Shown: piece by piece, positions 1 through 12,506 of the stretch
How the letters are laid out: every line of letters starts with the position of its first letter
Position numbering within the stretch: the stretch's first letter is position 1
Notes under the pieces: model-generated
Databases searched by the model: none
What the model saw: the letters and a program-made list of their open reading frames with translations, nothing else
Told to the model about the DNA's origin: nothing
Program-made: the position numbers and the translations under genes
Origin: Eledone cirrhosa
Lineage: Eukaryota
Assembly (NCBI GenBank): GCA_964016885.1
Contig: OZ024757.1
Coordinates: forward strand, 24,738,001-24,802,000
Direction: 5' to 3'
DNA length: 64,000 nt

Positions 1-762
1 ATTATGAATAATTTTGAACCTCCAAATTTGTGGAAGGGACACAGAGTTCTTCTTGGAATCCGTGCCGGGAGGAGAAATAAGGCCAGAAGATCAACTCCCA
101 GAACAACAGGTGGCTTGCTGTCTCATCCAAAGACGTGCCCAGAGTCATGCAAACAAAGTTTCCAGCGACAACATTGGTCTTAGGTGTCGTCAGCAGTCAA
201 GGTGACGTCAAGCCACCTCACTTCTTCCCTGAGGGCTTCAAGCTGAACACCGATGGCTACATCCGCATTCTGAGCGAGGTAGTAAAGCCCTGGATTGACC
301 AGGTAGCTGCAGGTAGGCCGTACCTGTGGCAGCAAGACTCAGCGCCCTGCCATACCAGCCGAAAGACCCAAGCCTGGCTGTCAGAGAACTTCTTCGACCA
401 CACTTCACCTGACATCTGACCTCCCAGCTCGCCTGACTGCAACCCCCTCGACTTCTTTGTGTGGGGCGTAGTGGAACGAGACACCAACAGATCTAGCTGC
501 AATACGAAAGACGATCTGAAGGCCAGGATCACAAGTGCCTTTAGGGGCCTAAGTTGGGGGACAGTGACGAAGGCCTGTAGTCGGTTCCGAGGCCGCCTTG
601 AGGCCGTCATCAAAGCCAATGGTGGGTTTATCGAGTGAGATCGAAAGAACAAGTCATGAAGACAAACTGACCCAAGTTTGATAAATATATCTTAAAAAAT
701 AAAACTACTGTGTTATTTTTTCCTAGACAGTAATCTTGCGAACAGATATCGTCTGCACCCTG
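1..762 (+). mobile_element. Defective Tc1/mariner DNA transposon, DD37D (maT) family; left end outside the window
   Basis: The transposase reads ...WQQDSAPCH...*PPSSPDCNPLDFFVWG...GGFIE* with 37 residues between the second and third Asp. The right TIR ends ...GTCTGCACCCTG at 762, followed by TA. Confidence 0.9.
4..638 (+). pseudogene. maT transposase pseudogene
   Basis: TGA at 417-419 replaces the conserved W of WPPSSPD. A frame break near 82 joins an N-terminus-like segment to the catalytic domain, and the first catalytic Asp is missing. Confidence 0.85.
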
Positions 763-1399
763 TATATGTATACACACACACACACATATATATCTATATC
801 TATATATATATACACACACACATATACATATATATACACACATAAATATGACAGTGTTGTAGTTTGCTTGAAGCATTGTTGAATAGGAAACACAAATTTA
901 AATAATTTTGAAAACCATACAATGCACTAGAAAGAAAATTAAAATTGCTAAGGTAACAAAAGAATCTTACCTTAGCAAATTTAATAATCCCAAATATTTT
1001 CAGGTTTAAAACCTATTATCAAGGGAGTATTCCTATGACAGACTTAAAGGATCAATCGGAGTTGACTCAGATTTAAGTTAAATGAAATGAAAGAAAATTA
1101 ATCTGGCAGCCAGTCCTTGCTCGTTTCTCCAATAATCTAAAAAGTCCCTTTATGGTTGCAAACTGGTCTTGGCTCAGTTGTAAAGATAACAGTGTTGTAG
1201 TTTGCTTGAAGCATTGTTGAATAGGAAACACACATTTAAATAATTTTGAAAACCATACAATGCACCATGTTTATTTTTACAACAATATCAGTGTAGTTGT
1301 ATTGGACTTTGTGGTGTTGATCTGAAGGTTCCAAAATAACTCTACTCCCTTACCTGATAGGCTAGAACCAAGAGAACGTTGGTACCACTGACATAATAA

Positions 1400-2218
1400 T
1401 AATTGTTTCTACTTTAGGCACAAGGCCAGCAATTACCCAGTGCATTACTGGTACTTTATTTTATCGACCCCGTAAGGATGAAAGGCAAAGTCAACCTCGG
1501 CGGGATTTGAACTCAGATCGTAAAGGGACGTAACTATGCTGGAAGGCATGGCGTCCGACCCTCTACCGATACTGCCAATCCACCGCCATCCACTGACATA
1601 ATAATAATAGATTCTGATTTAGGCACAAAGCCAACAATTTTGGGAGCAGAAGGGAAAGTTGATTAAATCGAACCCCAATACACTTCTGGTAGTTTATTTT
1701 ATTGACCCCGTAAGGATGAAAGGTAAAGCTAACCTCGGTGGGATTTGAACACAGAACATAAAGGGCCGTAACTATGCTGCAATCATGGTGTCCAATGCTC
1801 TACCGATACTGCCAATTCACCAACCTATCACACTCCATAATAATTGTTTCTACTTTTGGCACAAAGCCAGCAATTATCCCAGTGCATTACTGGTACCTTA
1901 TTTTATCGACCTGCGTAGGATGAAAAGCAAAGTTAACCTCGGGATTTGAACTCAGAATGGCAAGGGCCGTAACTCAATGCGTCAAAGCCCTCTACTGATA
2001 CTGCCAATTTACCACACTCCATAATAATAATAATTGTTTCTACTTTTGGCACAAGGCCAGTAATTATCCCAGTGCATTACTGGTACTTTATTTTATCGAC
2101 CCTGTAAGGATGAAAGGCAAAGTTAACCTCGGCGGGATTTGAACTCAGACCGAAAGGGCTGTAACTCTATGCTGAAAAGCATGCTGTCCAACCCTCTACC
2201 GATACTGCCAATCCACCA
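1400..2218 (-). mobile_element. Four head-to-tail copies of tRNA-derived SINE family A (~190 bp each)
   Basis: Minus strand has A-box TGGCAGTATCGG, B-box GAGTTCAAATCC, core GCCTTTCATCCTTACGGGGTCGATAAAATAAAGTACCAG and a (TTA)n tail. The first copy is flanked by the direct repeat CCACTGACATAATAAT. Confidence 0.9.
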
Positions 2219-2323
2219 TAATAATAATAAAAATGATAATAATAATGATAATAATGATTTCTTTATTAGCCACACAGGGCTGACACCAAGAAAACATTAA
2301 CGACAGCACAGGATAATACAATG

Positions 2324-2356
<33 letters not shown>

Positions 2357-3212
2357 GTAATAGTAGTAATGATAATAAATGATTTAAAAAATTTTAATGA
2401 AGGTTTATTTTTTTTTAATTAAAAAAAAATAATAGTTTATATACAGTCATTAAAAGAGAAAAAAATGACATCATAATATTTTAAATATATTAGACGGAGA
2501 TGGAAAGGGTGGTGGTTGAGTAAAGAAGAAAGGGAGACAATCCCTCACCGATACCACCACATCTTCCTTCCTTTCTAACTAACTCAAGGTGAGATTGAAC
2601 CTTGATTCCGGATCAACAATAAGAATTTCGGAATTTTTTTTCATTTTGATATGGACGGCAGTTAGCAGTGAGTAGCACTGGGGAGTGGAGAGAGGTAGGA
2701 AGAAAGAGAGAGAGAGAGAGAGACTGATATGTAGATAAACAGATAGGTAGATAGATAGGTAGATAGATAAATAGACAGACAGACAGGTAAATAGATAGAT
2801 AGCCAGACAGACAGACAGGTAAATAGATAGATAGCCAGCCAGACAGACAGACAGACAGACAGACAGATAGATAGATGACTGATAGATAGACAGACAGACA
2901 GATAGATAGAGAGATGACTGATAGATAGACAGATATATATATATCTATATATCTATCTATCTATATATATATATATATACACACATAGGAATCTAAGTGT
3001 TCCTCTCCATTTGCTCCAACAGAGCTGGCCACACTCAAATAGAATGATAGTGGAGTGTGGGTGGAGCTAGGACAATGAACAACAACAAGAACAACAAGAA
3101 CAACATGGCTGGATAACAGACTGACCAATATTCCACTGATGAAGGATGTAACTCAGCACCCACCAGTGCGCTCACTAAGTTTTGTTGATCACATTTATAC
3201 TAATCTTACAAC

Positions 3213-3261
<49 letters not shown>

Positions 3262-3264
<3 letters not shown>

Positions 3265-3705
3265 GTTTCTTATATGAGCACAAGGCCAGCAATTTTGGGT
3301 GAGGATGGGGGGGAGTCAATTAAATCGACCCCAGTTCGTTACTGGTACTTTATTTATCGACCCCGTGAGGATGAAAGGTAAAGCTAACCTCGGCAGGATA
3401 TGAACTCAGAATGTAAAGAGCCGTAACTCTATGCCACAAAGCATGTTGTCCGACACTCTACCGATACTGCCAATCTACCAAAAATAATGGCTTCTAGTAT
3501 AGGCACAAGGCCAGCAATTTTAGTGGGGAGGGCAACGTCAGTTATATCAACCCCAGTGTGTTACTGGTACTCCATTTTATCGACCCCGGAAGGATGAAAG
3601 GCAAAGTTGACCTTGGCAGAACTTGAACTCAGAACATAAAGGGACATAACTAAATGCTGCAGAACATTTCGTTCGACGTTCTGATAGTTCTATCAAATCA
3701 CCACC
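3262..3705 (-). mobile_element. Two tandem SINE family A copies. Other copies lie at ~5780-5932, 7330-7516, 17442-17890, 27053-27180, 45955-46108, 52693-52882 and 59684-59795 (minus), and 32750-32925 and 42391-42572 (plus).
   Basis: Same A/B boxes and central core as the 1400-2218 copies. Confidence 0.85.
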
Positions 3706-3707
3706 AC

Positions 3708-3754
<47 letters not shown>

Positions 3755-4144
3755 TAATAATAATGATGATAAAGAAAAAGTAAGAAAAATTGTTTTTTAT
3801 CTTTGTTTTTAAATAGACATCTTGATATGCATTCACCACAGGTTTTTCACTTTTCTCAAGTATATATATGAGTGTATAAATATGTGTATATATGGGAGTA
3901 TGTATATATATATATATATGTGTGTGTGTGTATGTGTATGTGAGTGTATATATATATATATATATGCGTGATAGGGTACGTGGTGAGGTAGGTTTATGGG
4001 TAGTAGGTGGTGATAGGGTGAGGTAGATACAACTGTAACTTGACCAAACATCACATGATTTGACCTGACCTCAAGTGAGGAAAAAAATATCTAATTGTAT
4101 TTCTAATGATATACCCTCTATTACAATTAACTAATGAAGAATTT

Positions 4145-4490
4145 GAGATTCTTTGGAGTAACGTTACTCGATAAAGTGCGGAGCTTGGAGATCAGAGAGT
4201 CACTCCAGGTAGAGATGCTACTTCTCTGAATTGAGAGATCACAGCTCTGATACTATGGGCATATGGTTAGAATGTCTCAGGAAAGATTTTATGGGCAAAA
4301 CCAACCGGTAGGAGACCCAGTGGTAAACCCCGAGCAAGATGGTTGGATAACATCCATGAGTTTGGCTGGTCACACGTGAGGATCCAGCTGGATCAGTTGA
4401 AGATGGTTGCTTCTGACAGGACCCACTGGAAGGAGTGTTTGAGGACTCTGCCGCCATGACCCTCTCAGGAATAAGTGGGCAAATAAGAAG
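4145..4490 (+). mobile_element. Degenerate RTE-clade LINE 3' fragment; related copy at ~20140-20465 on the minus strand
   Basis: Broken frame GVTLLDKVRSLEIRESLQVE...RSQL*YYGHMVRM, typical of an RTE RT C-terminus. Confidence 0.7.
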
Positions 4491-5275
4491 ACTAAGATAG
4501 CAACATAACACATGGTTCTTATATAAAATTATGTTGGAAGATATTAATTTAACCATCTTATTTTCACATTTCTAATAAAATATTAATTAATTAATGAAGA
4601 ATTATGAATTAATTATTTCATTACTAAGATAGTGACATAGAATATGGCTCTTATATAAAATTATATTGGCAGATTTTAATTTAAATAGGAACCCTTTAAA
4701 TAGGTGCTTTTGTTTCATAGAATCAGAGTTGGTTTTCGCTGTGTTTGTATCTAAAGGGTTAATAAAGGATTTTGAGGGATTTACAAAAATTATTAATAAT
4801 TTTATACTAAGATAATAAGTTAACATACGATTCTTATATAAAATTATGTTTGAAGATTTTAATTTAAATTGAAACTCATTAAAATGGGAGATTTTGTTTC
4901 ATAAAACCGGAGTTGGTTTTTGCCAGTTTGGTAGAAAAGTGCTCAACATATAGTTAAAGAAAAGTTCATGATATTGTAATGCTCATCTTTGAAACTGTTG
5001 GAGGTCCATCTATCTCTCAATACACACATATACACAAATACATAGATGTGTGTATATTTACATACATACATATATATATATACACATATATACATACATA
5101 TACATATATATATACACATACATATACAAATGCACATATATATACACATACATAGATATATACATACATATATATATATATATACATATACACATTATAT
5201 ATATATGCACAATTTGAGTCTATATATACACATATATGCATATATATATATATATATACAAGCACAATTTGAGTC

Positions 5276-5311
<36 letters not shown>

Positions 5312-6649
5312 GCATTACATCTCAACAGCCTTGAACACTGAGAAGCTGATAAGAGTGATACAATGTCCGAAACAATGTAACCCAGTCTAAGGAATATTCT
5401 AGGTTTTAGCTTGTCTCTTGCCTAGAATTGGGAGGGATTTAGTAATATAAATTCCTTATTAGTATGATGGTATTTGGAACATAACTTAAAGGTTGTTACA
5501 TTAAATTACAAAGGAAGGTTTTAGATAATCATAACTTTCTTCTTAGTGTTTTTAGTAATACAACTTTCTTATTAGTAAGTAGTGTTTGGAACATAACTTA
5601 ACAAAGGTACTTACATAGCATGCATGGTCCCTGTATTGGCTGCTGTATTGACAGACAGCATTTCTAGGGCATCTTAAAACCTGGCAGAGCCCATCTCCTC
5701 TCCAGGTCTAAATACAGCAGATTTCTTCCAGAGAAAGATAGAGAGTGAGAGAATGGAAGTGAGAAAGAGATATAAAGGATGACTCGACCCCCAGTACTTG
5801 ACTGGTACTTATTTTATTGATTTCAACTGGATGAAAGGCAAAGTTGACAACATCAGGATTTGAACTCAGAGAGCAGAGAACTGAAATGAGTACAGCAAAG
5901 CATTCTATCCGATGTTCTAACGACTCTGCCAATTTTTCACCTGTACTTACATTAAATTATGTCAAAAAATATAACCACTTTAAAACAAACAGCTTTGTAT
6001 TATAGAATTAGTGGTGGTTTCAGGTAGTATGGTATCAAAAGGGTCAATGTCCTAATGGCATTGCAGAATTAATTGAGCCTTTCCTGTTTACGTTGGTCAC
6101 TGACAGGATCTCTGGTGATCTTCCCGATCCTTGAACTGCTATTTTCCACCACAAAATTGAGAAAAATGTATCTCACCAGAGGAAGAAGCTCCTATGAGGT
6201 GGAGTGGCTGATGCAGCAGCTGTTTTCTGTAAGAATGCCTTCACCATTTTATCCCCAGTGAGCAGCTGAGATATACAGCCTAGACTGGGGTGTAGTGTCT
6301 ACTGCTCCCTCCACCTAAATTTCCCTATTTAATTAATTTTTTTACATCTCTTTCTACTTTTTATATTAATTTCCTTTAAACATTAATTTTATTGCTTTTT
6401 AATACAGAATTCAATTCCACAGATGTGGAAAATAGTCATGATATTTAGTTCCATTTCCATTTTTTTTTTATATCATACTTAGTGAACAATATTGTTGTTG
6501 GTTCTAGGGTTCCATATGGTTGATCTCTGGATTACTGTATATCTGAGCATGACAGTGACAAGGGGCTAACAGAGCAATTTTATTCAAAAGCACCATTGCT
6601 TTGGTTTTGTCACAATGATATTTGTAACTTGCCAACATACAATGAAGAA

Positions 6650-6701
<52 letters not shown>

Positions 6702-7675
6702 TAAGTATTTCTGTGGAAAAGGTAAAGGAAAGAAGAGTGTTCTATGTATAGTACAGAGCTATTTAATTATCTATATATATATTACTTACCTATGTAATAA
6801 ACAACACAATATAATTATTCCATTACCCAAGGTTTCGCAAAGTCAGACGTTTCTAACAGAAACGTCTAACTTTGCGAAAACTCGGGTAATGGAATAATTA
6901 TATTGTGTTGTTTATCACATAAATATATATATATATATATTATAGATTGAGTTATAAACTCAAAATAGTCTTTTACAATTAAATAACTCAAAGAAGGGAT
7001 GAACACAGATATAAGTATACATGTGTTCCAATTACAAATGACCAAGTTAGCTAGGTTGAAAAATATTTTTCAACCTAGCTAACTTGGTTATATATATCGA
7101 TTATATTAAGTATAAATTGAAGTTTTAGTTGCCATATAGCAGATAGTATTTGAGTTGTTTAAGGCAATCACAAAGCAATCTATGGAGCAAGATATACATT
7201 ATCATCCAGAGTAAACATAACAGCTAAAAAGTGTGACACCAAGAGTGACAAGTGTGACACTTCCTTCAGTCATTTTTCTTAGTGTCACACTTTTTAGCTG
7301 TTATGTTTACTCTGGATGATAATGTAACAATTGTTTCTACTTTTGGCACAAGGCCAGCAAATACCCAGTACATTACTGGTACTTTATTTTATCGACCCCC
7401 GTAAGGATGAAAGCAAAGTTAACCTTGGCGGGATTTGAACTCAGAATGGCAAGGGCCGTAACTCTATGCGTCAAAGCATGGCGTCCAACCCTCTACCGAT
7501 ACTGCCAATTCACCGTAATAATATCTTGCTCCATATATATAAATATAAATAATTCACAAGAATCAAAGCTATGTTCAAAGCATTTATTCACTTACAATTG
7601 TTTCATCCAAACCTAGGCTTGGAGTCTTCGGAGCATTTTTCAATTAGGTCAATTATGTGTACAAACATTGAAAAA

Positions 7676-7722
7676 TGCTCTGAAGACTCCAAGCCTAGGT
7701 TTGGATGAAACAATTGTAAGTG
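7676..7722 (+). ncRNA. Minimal type-I hammerhead ribozyme motif (Penelope-type)
   Basis: CTGAAGA (7680) - stem II TCCAAGCCTAGGTTTGGA - GAAAC (7707) - AATT - GTA; inverted second copy in the left arm. Confidence 0.75.
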
Positions 7723-7904
7723 AATAAATGCTTTGAACATAGCTTTGATTCTTGTGAATTCTATATAACTGCTCTGTTATTACATTGAGCTATTTATCTT
7801 ACTGGTAATAAGGTAGTAATAAATTACTGACCTTCACTGTTTAGGGTTTAAAATATATATAACTATAAAAAGTTTTAGTATATACATAACCATAAATAGT
7901 AACC

Positions 7905-7951
<47 letters not shown>

Positions 7952-8715
7952 CTTCCCCTGCAAAAAAACCCCCCAAAAAACTTTCTCTGTTTGTCCCTCT
8001 GTTCACTCTTTTCTATCTTTTGATGAAGGATTAATGCCTGAAATGTTAAAACTGTTTTCCTACCATACCAAGCGTCAAACTAATATATATATCTTCATTG
8101 TACTGTATTAATTGCTTTGTTGTTTTCCATTTACTTTTTGGATATATATATGAGCTCCAGCCATTTTGACAGCTAGATCTGAACCTTTAATAACAGGAGC
8201 TTGGTTATTAATGCCGGGATTTAAGTGTGGTATGGGTCAAAGAGTGCCCCACTACAAAAGTAGGAGCTAAAGAACAAAGAGGGTGTGGTAAGATACCAGG
8301 TGGACCAATATAGAAATGACTTCTACAGGAATAGAACTGTTTCATTTGTATTAAATCATCAGGTATTTCCTGATGATTTCATATGAATGAAACAGTTCTA
8401 GTCCTGTAGAAGACATTTCTATATCAAATAAAGATGCTTACATTCTACTAGTGTGTGTGTGTGTGTGTCTGTGTGTGTGTGTGTGTGTGTATAGTTTGTT
8501 TTTGAAATTGTTTTGCAAGATTTCTTATCTGAAAACGTGTGTTGAAACAGATATTGTTATACTTTGGGAGGGTCATGTTGTTATACTTTGGGAAGGTCAT
8601 GCTGCCAAAAAAACATGCACCTGTTGGTTTTCACTTCAAATTTATTATAAATTTCTGGTTGGTTGGTTCAAGGTGTGTATGTTTTTACTGCTAACATGAC
8701 TCTCCCAAAGTATAA

Positions 8716-8797
<82 letters not shown>

Positions 8798-8825
8798 CAC
8801 ACACACACACAAATATACACAAACA

Positions 8826-9016
8826 CAGGGTGAGTCATAAGTAACTGGACAGTCAATGTATTTTTTTTATTGTAAGTTTCACAGATAACTAATTGATCAT
8901 CCACTTAGTGTGTGATCAGCCATCGTTATATTTTTTAACTACTTTGGTTTCATGTATTCGGAATCATTTGGAATATAAATGTTGGACTGCCCAGTAGTTA
9001 CTTATGACTTTCCCTA
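8826..9016. mobile_element. Tc1/mariner-type MITE
   Basis: Imperfect TIRs CAGGGTGAGTCATAAGTAACT / AGTTACTTATGACTTTCCCTA in a CA/TA context. Confidence 0.7.
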
Positions 9017-9080
9017 TATATATATGTATAAGAATAAAGGAACAAAGAGTTAGTGTTGCATCAAAACATATTTAAATAAC

Positions 9081-9168
9081 GGATTACATATGTTTCACTG
9101 CCGGTCAGCATGAGGAACAATCTACTATTGATCGAACCTGACTCTGGAATCAAAAGATCCTCAGATAT
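9081..9168 (-). ncRNA. Hammerhead-like motif with long stem II
   Basis: CTGAGGA ...~60 nt... GAAAC ATAT GTA; homologous to the 42058-42136 motif. Confidence 0.55.
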
Positions 9169-9349
9169 GCCAATAATAGATCGTTCCTTGAGCTGATCGA
9201 CAGTGAAACATATATAATATGTTATTAAATATGTTATGATGCAACACTGATTCTTTGTTCCTGTATTCTTATACTATTATACTCTGCTCCGTGCGAGCCT
9301 TGAGTGCTCACCCGACATACCGCCTACGGACACAATTTTCTTGCACCTA

Positions 9350-9351
9350 TA

Positions 9352-9426
<75 letters not shown>

Positions 9427-9496
9427 GTCATGTCACAGTTGTATTTAACTGTTGAAGTTCATTGAGATTTGGTTTGATTTGGAGATAATATTTTGG

Positions 9497-9533
<37 letters not shown>

Positions 9534-9594
9534 AATATATATATATACATAAATATATATATATATATATATACATAAATATATATATACATAA

Positions 9595-9629
<35 letters not shown>

Positions 9630-9821
9630 CACATATATATATTAGAAAATAGAATAGCTTTCACCATATTTTTTGACTAAAGAAATTTTAGTCTGATAAT
9701 GGGGTTTAGAACCCTCAGATAAATGGAAAAAGATGAGTATTGACGTGTCAATACTCATTTTTTCCCATTTATCTGAGGGTTCTAAACCCCATTATCAGAC
9801 TAAAATTTCTTTAGTCAAAAA

Positions 9822-9864
<43 letters not shown>

Positions 9865-9937
9865 AATATATAAATATATATATATAAATATATATATATA
9901 TAAATATATATATATATAAATATATATATATATAAAT

Positions 9938-9968
<31 letters not shown>

Positions 9969-10271
9969 CATAAATATATATATATACATAAATATATATA
10001 TATACATAAATATATATACATACATAAATATATATATATACATAAATATATATATATATACATAAATATATATATATATATATATACATAAATATATATA
10101 TATATATATACATAAATATATATATATATATACATAAATATATATATATATATACATAAATATATATATATATATATACATAAATATATATATATATATA
10201 TACATAAATATATATATATATACATAAATATATATATATATACATAAATATATATATATATATATATATAC

Positions 10272-10334
<63 letters not shown>

Positions 10335-10358
10335 AATATATATATATATATATATATA
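9350..10358. repeat. Large interrupted (TA)n tracts with recurring CATAAA/TAAA variants, enclosing a ~160-bp palindrome at 9666-9824
   Basis: Direct reading. Confidence 0.95.
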
Positions 10359-11362
10359 ACCCATGCAAGCATGGAAGATGGACGTTAAACGATGATGATG
10401 ATGATGATGATGATGATATATATATCCAAAATTAATTTAATTAAATTAAATTAAGGGAGTCATGTCCAAGACATGCGCCATATCCACCGTAGAATAAGCT
10501 CAAAGATTCCAATAAATAGATCCGAGTATTTTATATCAACTAGAAATTGATTGACATATATATATATTTAAAATAAACACATGAAGCAATCACAGGGGAT
10601 AATTTGTAGAGTATGTAATCACACATAGCTAGGTAGGTAACTAATTAAAGGAAGATTAATCATTTTTTAAAAGGTAATATTTGAAGCTCTAGTTAAACTT
10701 TAATTAGTTACCTACCTAGCTGTGTGTGCTTACACACTTTACAAATTATCCCCTGTGATTGCTTCATGTGTTTATTTTAAATATATATATATGTCAATCA
10801 ATTTCTAGTTGATATATATTTAAGGAACGATCGACTTTCGTCAAATCGGACCGAGGGAACAATGTTTCCGTTGGTCTTTCCAATTGCTAATACTATCTAT
10901 CGGTCGCAACTCCAGGTAGAAGGAGCAACGTGAAATAAAGTGTCTTGCTCAAGGACATAACGCATCGCCTGGTCCAGGAATCGAACTCACAACCTTACGA
11001 TTGCGAATCCAATTCTCTAACCACTCAGCCACAAGCCTTGATATATATATATATATATATATACAAATATATGTATATATGCATATATAAAATATATATA
11101 CACATACATAAACACACCACACACAAATGCACCCCAAAACATATATATATATACACAAATATACAATCATATACACACATACATACACACACACACATAT
11201 ATATATATTTATTTATTTACAAAAAAAAAAAAACAACAAACCAAAATGATAGCCTTCCCTTCCCAGCCCGTCCCACGATGCACACAGTGAGAATTTACAA
11301 ACCCTTTCTGAATTTATAAACCCTAAATGTTTGTTTGTATTGATATGTATGTATGGGTAGAC

Positions 11363-11496
11363 CTATTCACAAGCCAGCTTGCTGTCGAAGCTACTCAGGG
11401 CAATACCGAATGCCTGTAGAGGGCAGCACGGGTATTGGAAATCCATGGTGAACACATCCTCGGCAACACGGCCAAACTGCATCACAATGTAGTCGA
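11363..11496 (-). CDS. TUB: Tubby-family protein, last coding exon (134 nt): (I)[43 protein letters not shown]
   Basis: Canonical tubby C-terminus; acceptor ttctctctttccag; TAG stop at 11365-11363; phase 1 fits the upstream exon. Confidence 0.97.
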
Positions 11497-11529
11497 CTGG
11501 AAAGAGAGAAAACAGGGGAGATGAATAGA

Positions 11530-11935
11530 AAGACAGAAAGAAGGATGGGTGGACAGGTGGATGGATGGGTGGGGAGATGGGTGGACAGGTGGTTGGATGG
11601 ACAGGTGGTTGGGTGGATGTGTGGGTATATGGGAGGATTGGTGGGTAGATGGGTGGACAGGTGGATGTGTGGGTAGATGGGAGGATTGGTGGGTAGATGG
11701 GAGGATTGGTGGGTGGATAGATGGGTGTGTGGGTAGATGGGTGGATGTGTGGATAGATGGGTGGATGGGTGGATGTGTGGGTAGATGGGTGGATGTGTGG
11801 GTAGATGGGCGGATGTATGGGTTGATGGGTGGATGATGGATTGGTGGGTGGATAGATGGGTGGATGGGTAGATAGATAAATAGATATATAGATGGACAGA
11901 CACACAGATAAATAGATAGACAGGCAGATAGATAG
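11530..11935. repeat. GGTGGAT/GGTAGAT degenerate microsatellite
   Basis: Direct reading; lies just upstream of the last-exon acceptor. Confidence 0.9.
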
Positions 11936-12420
11936 ATTTCTTTATTAGCCACAAGGGCACAACAAGAAAAGGGGACAATACAAAGACATGCTGGGGAGAC
12001 AGATAGATAGACAGATAGATAGATTTCTTTATTAGCCACAAGGGCGCACAAGAAAAGGGGACAATACAAAGACATGCCGGGGGTTTTACATACACTCGTG
12101 TAAAAATATGAAACAAACAATTATAACAATCGAAATCCCCAATAGGGGGGAGGCGCCACAAATGTGTTGTTTATAACCCCGTCGATAGAACAACCCTCAA
12201 CTGCAGGAGCGTGTTGTGCAAGTGCTCCCTTCTTCCTTTTGCTCTCTTCTTCAACCTACAGGTTTATATACAGAAAAGGCCCAATCACTGGGGCCATTTT
12301 ACACCACATTCACCCACCTTTCAGTAAATTTACTGGGGTGCAGTGCCTCTGTCTCCACTCTGATTCTCCATCTAAAGTGGTAGATATAGAGATAGATTGA
12401 AGATTATTAGAGCTACTTAC

Positions 12421-12504
12421 TGTCGTTGTCATGAACTATCTGGAAATTCTTGACTGAGGCTTGAGTCACTCTGCCATGGAAATTCAACACATAAGATTGG
12501 GTTT
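12421..12504 (-). CDS. TUB: Tubby exon (84 nt): (E)[27 protein letters not shown]
   Basis: Invariant tubby motif [16 protein letters not shown]; acceptor ttccattcacag; donor A|gtaagt. Confidence 0.97.
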
Positions 12505-12506
12505 CT

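Noticed and set aside
1400-2218. Possible tRNA genes (A/B boxes), here and at other SINE heads
   Set aside because: No full cloverleaf; each continues into a SINE core and tail, some with TSDs.
2990-3870. Possible plus-strand exons of a convergent gene (acceptor-like sites at ~3042 and ~3816)
   Set aside because: Frames are short or stop quickly, with no recognisable homology or convincing donor.
9795-10372. YI/IY-repeat ORFs here and in other TA/CA tracts
   Set aside because: Translations of microsatellites, with no coding signature.
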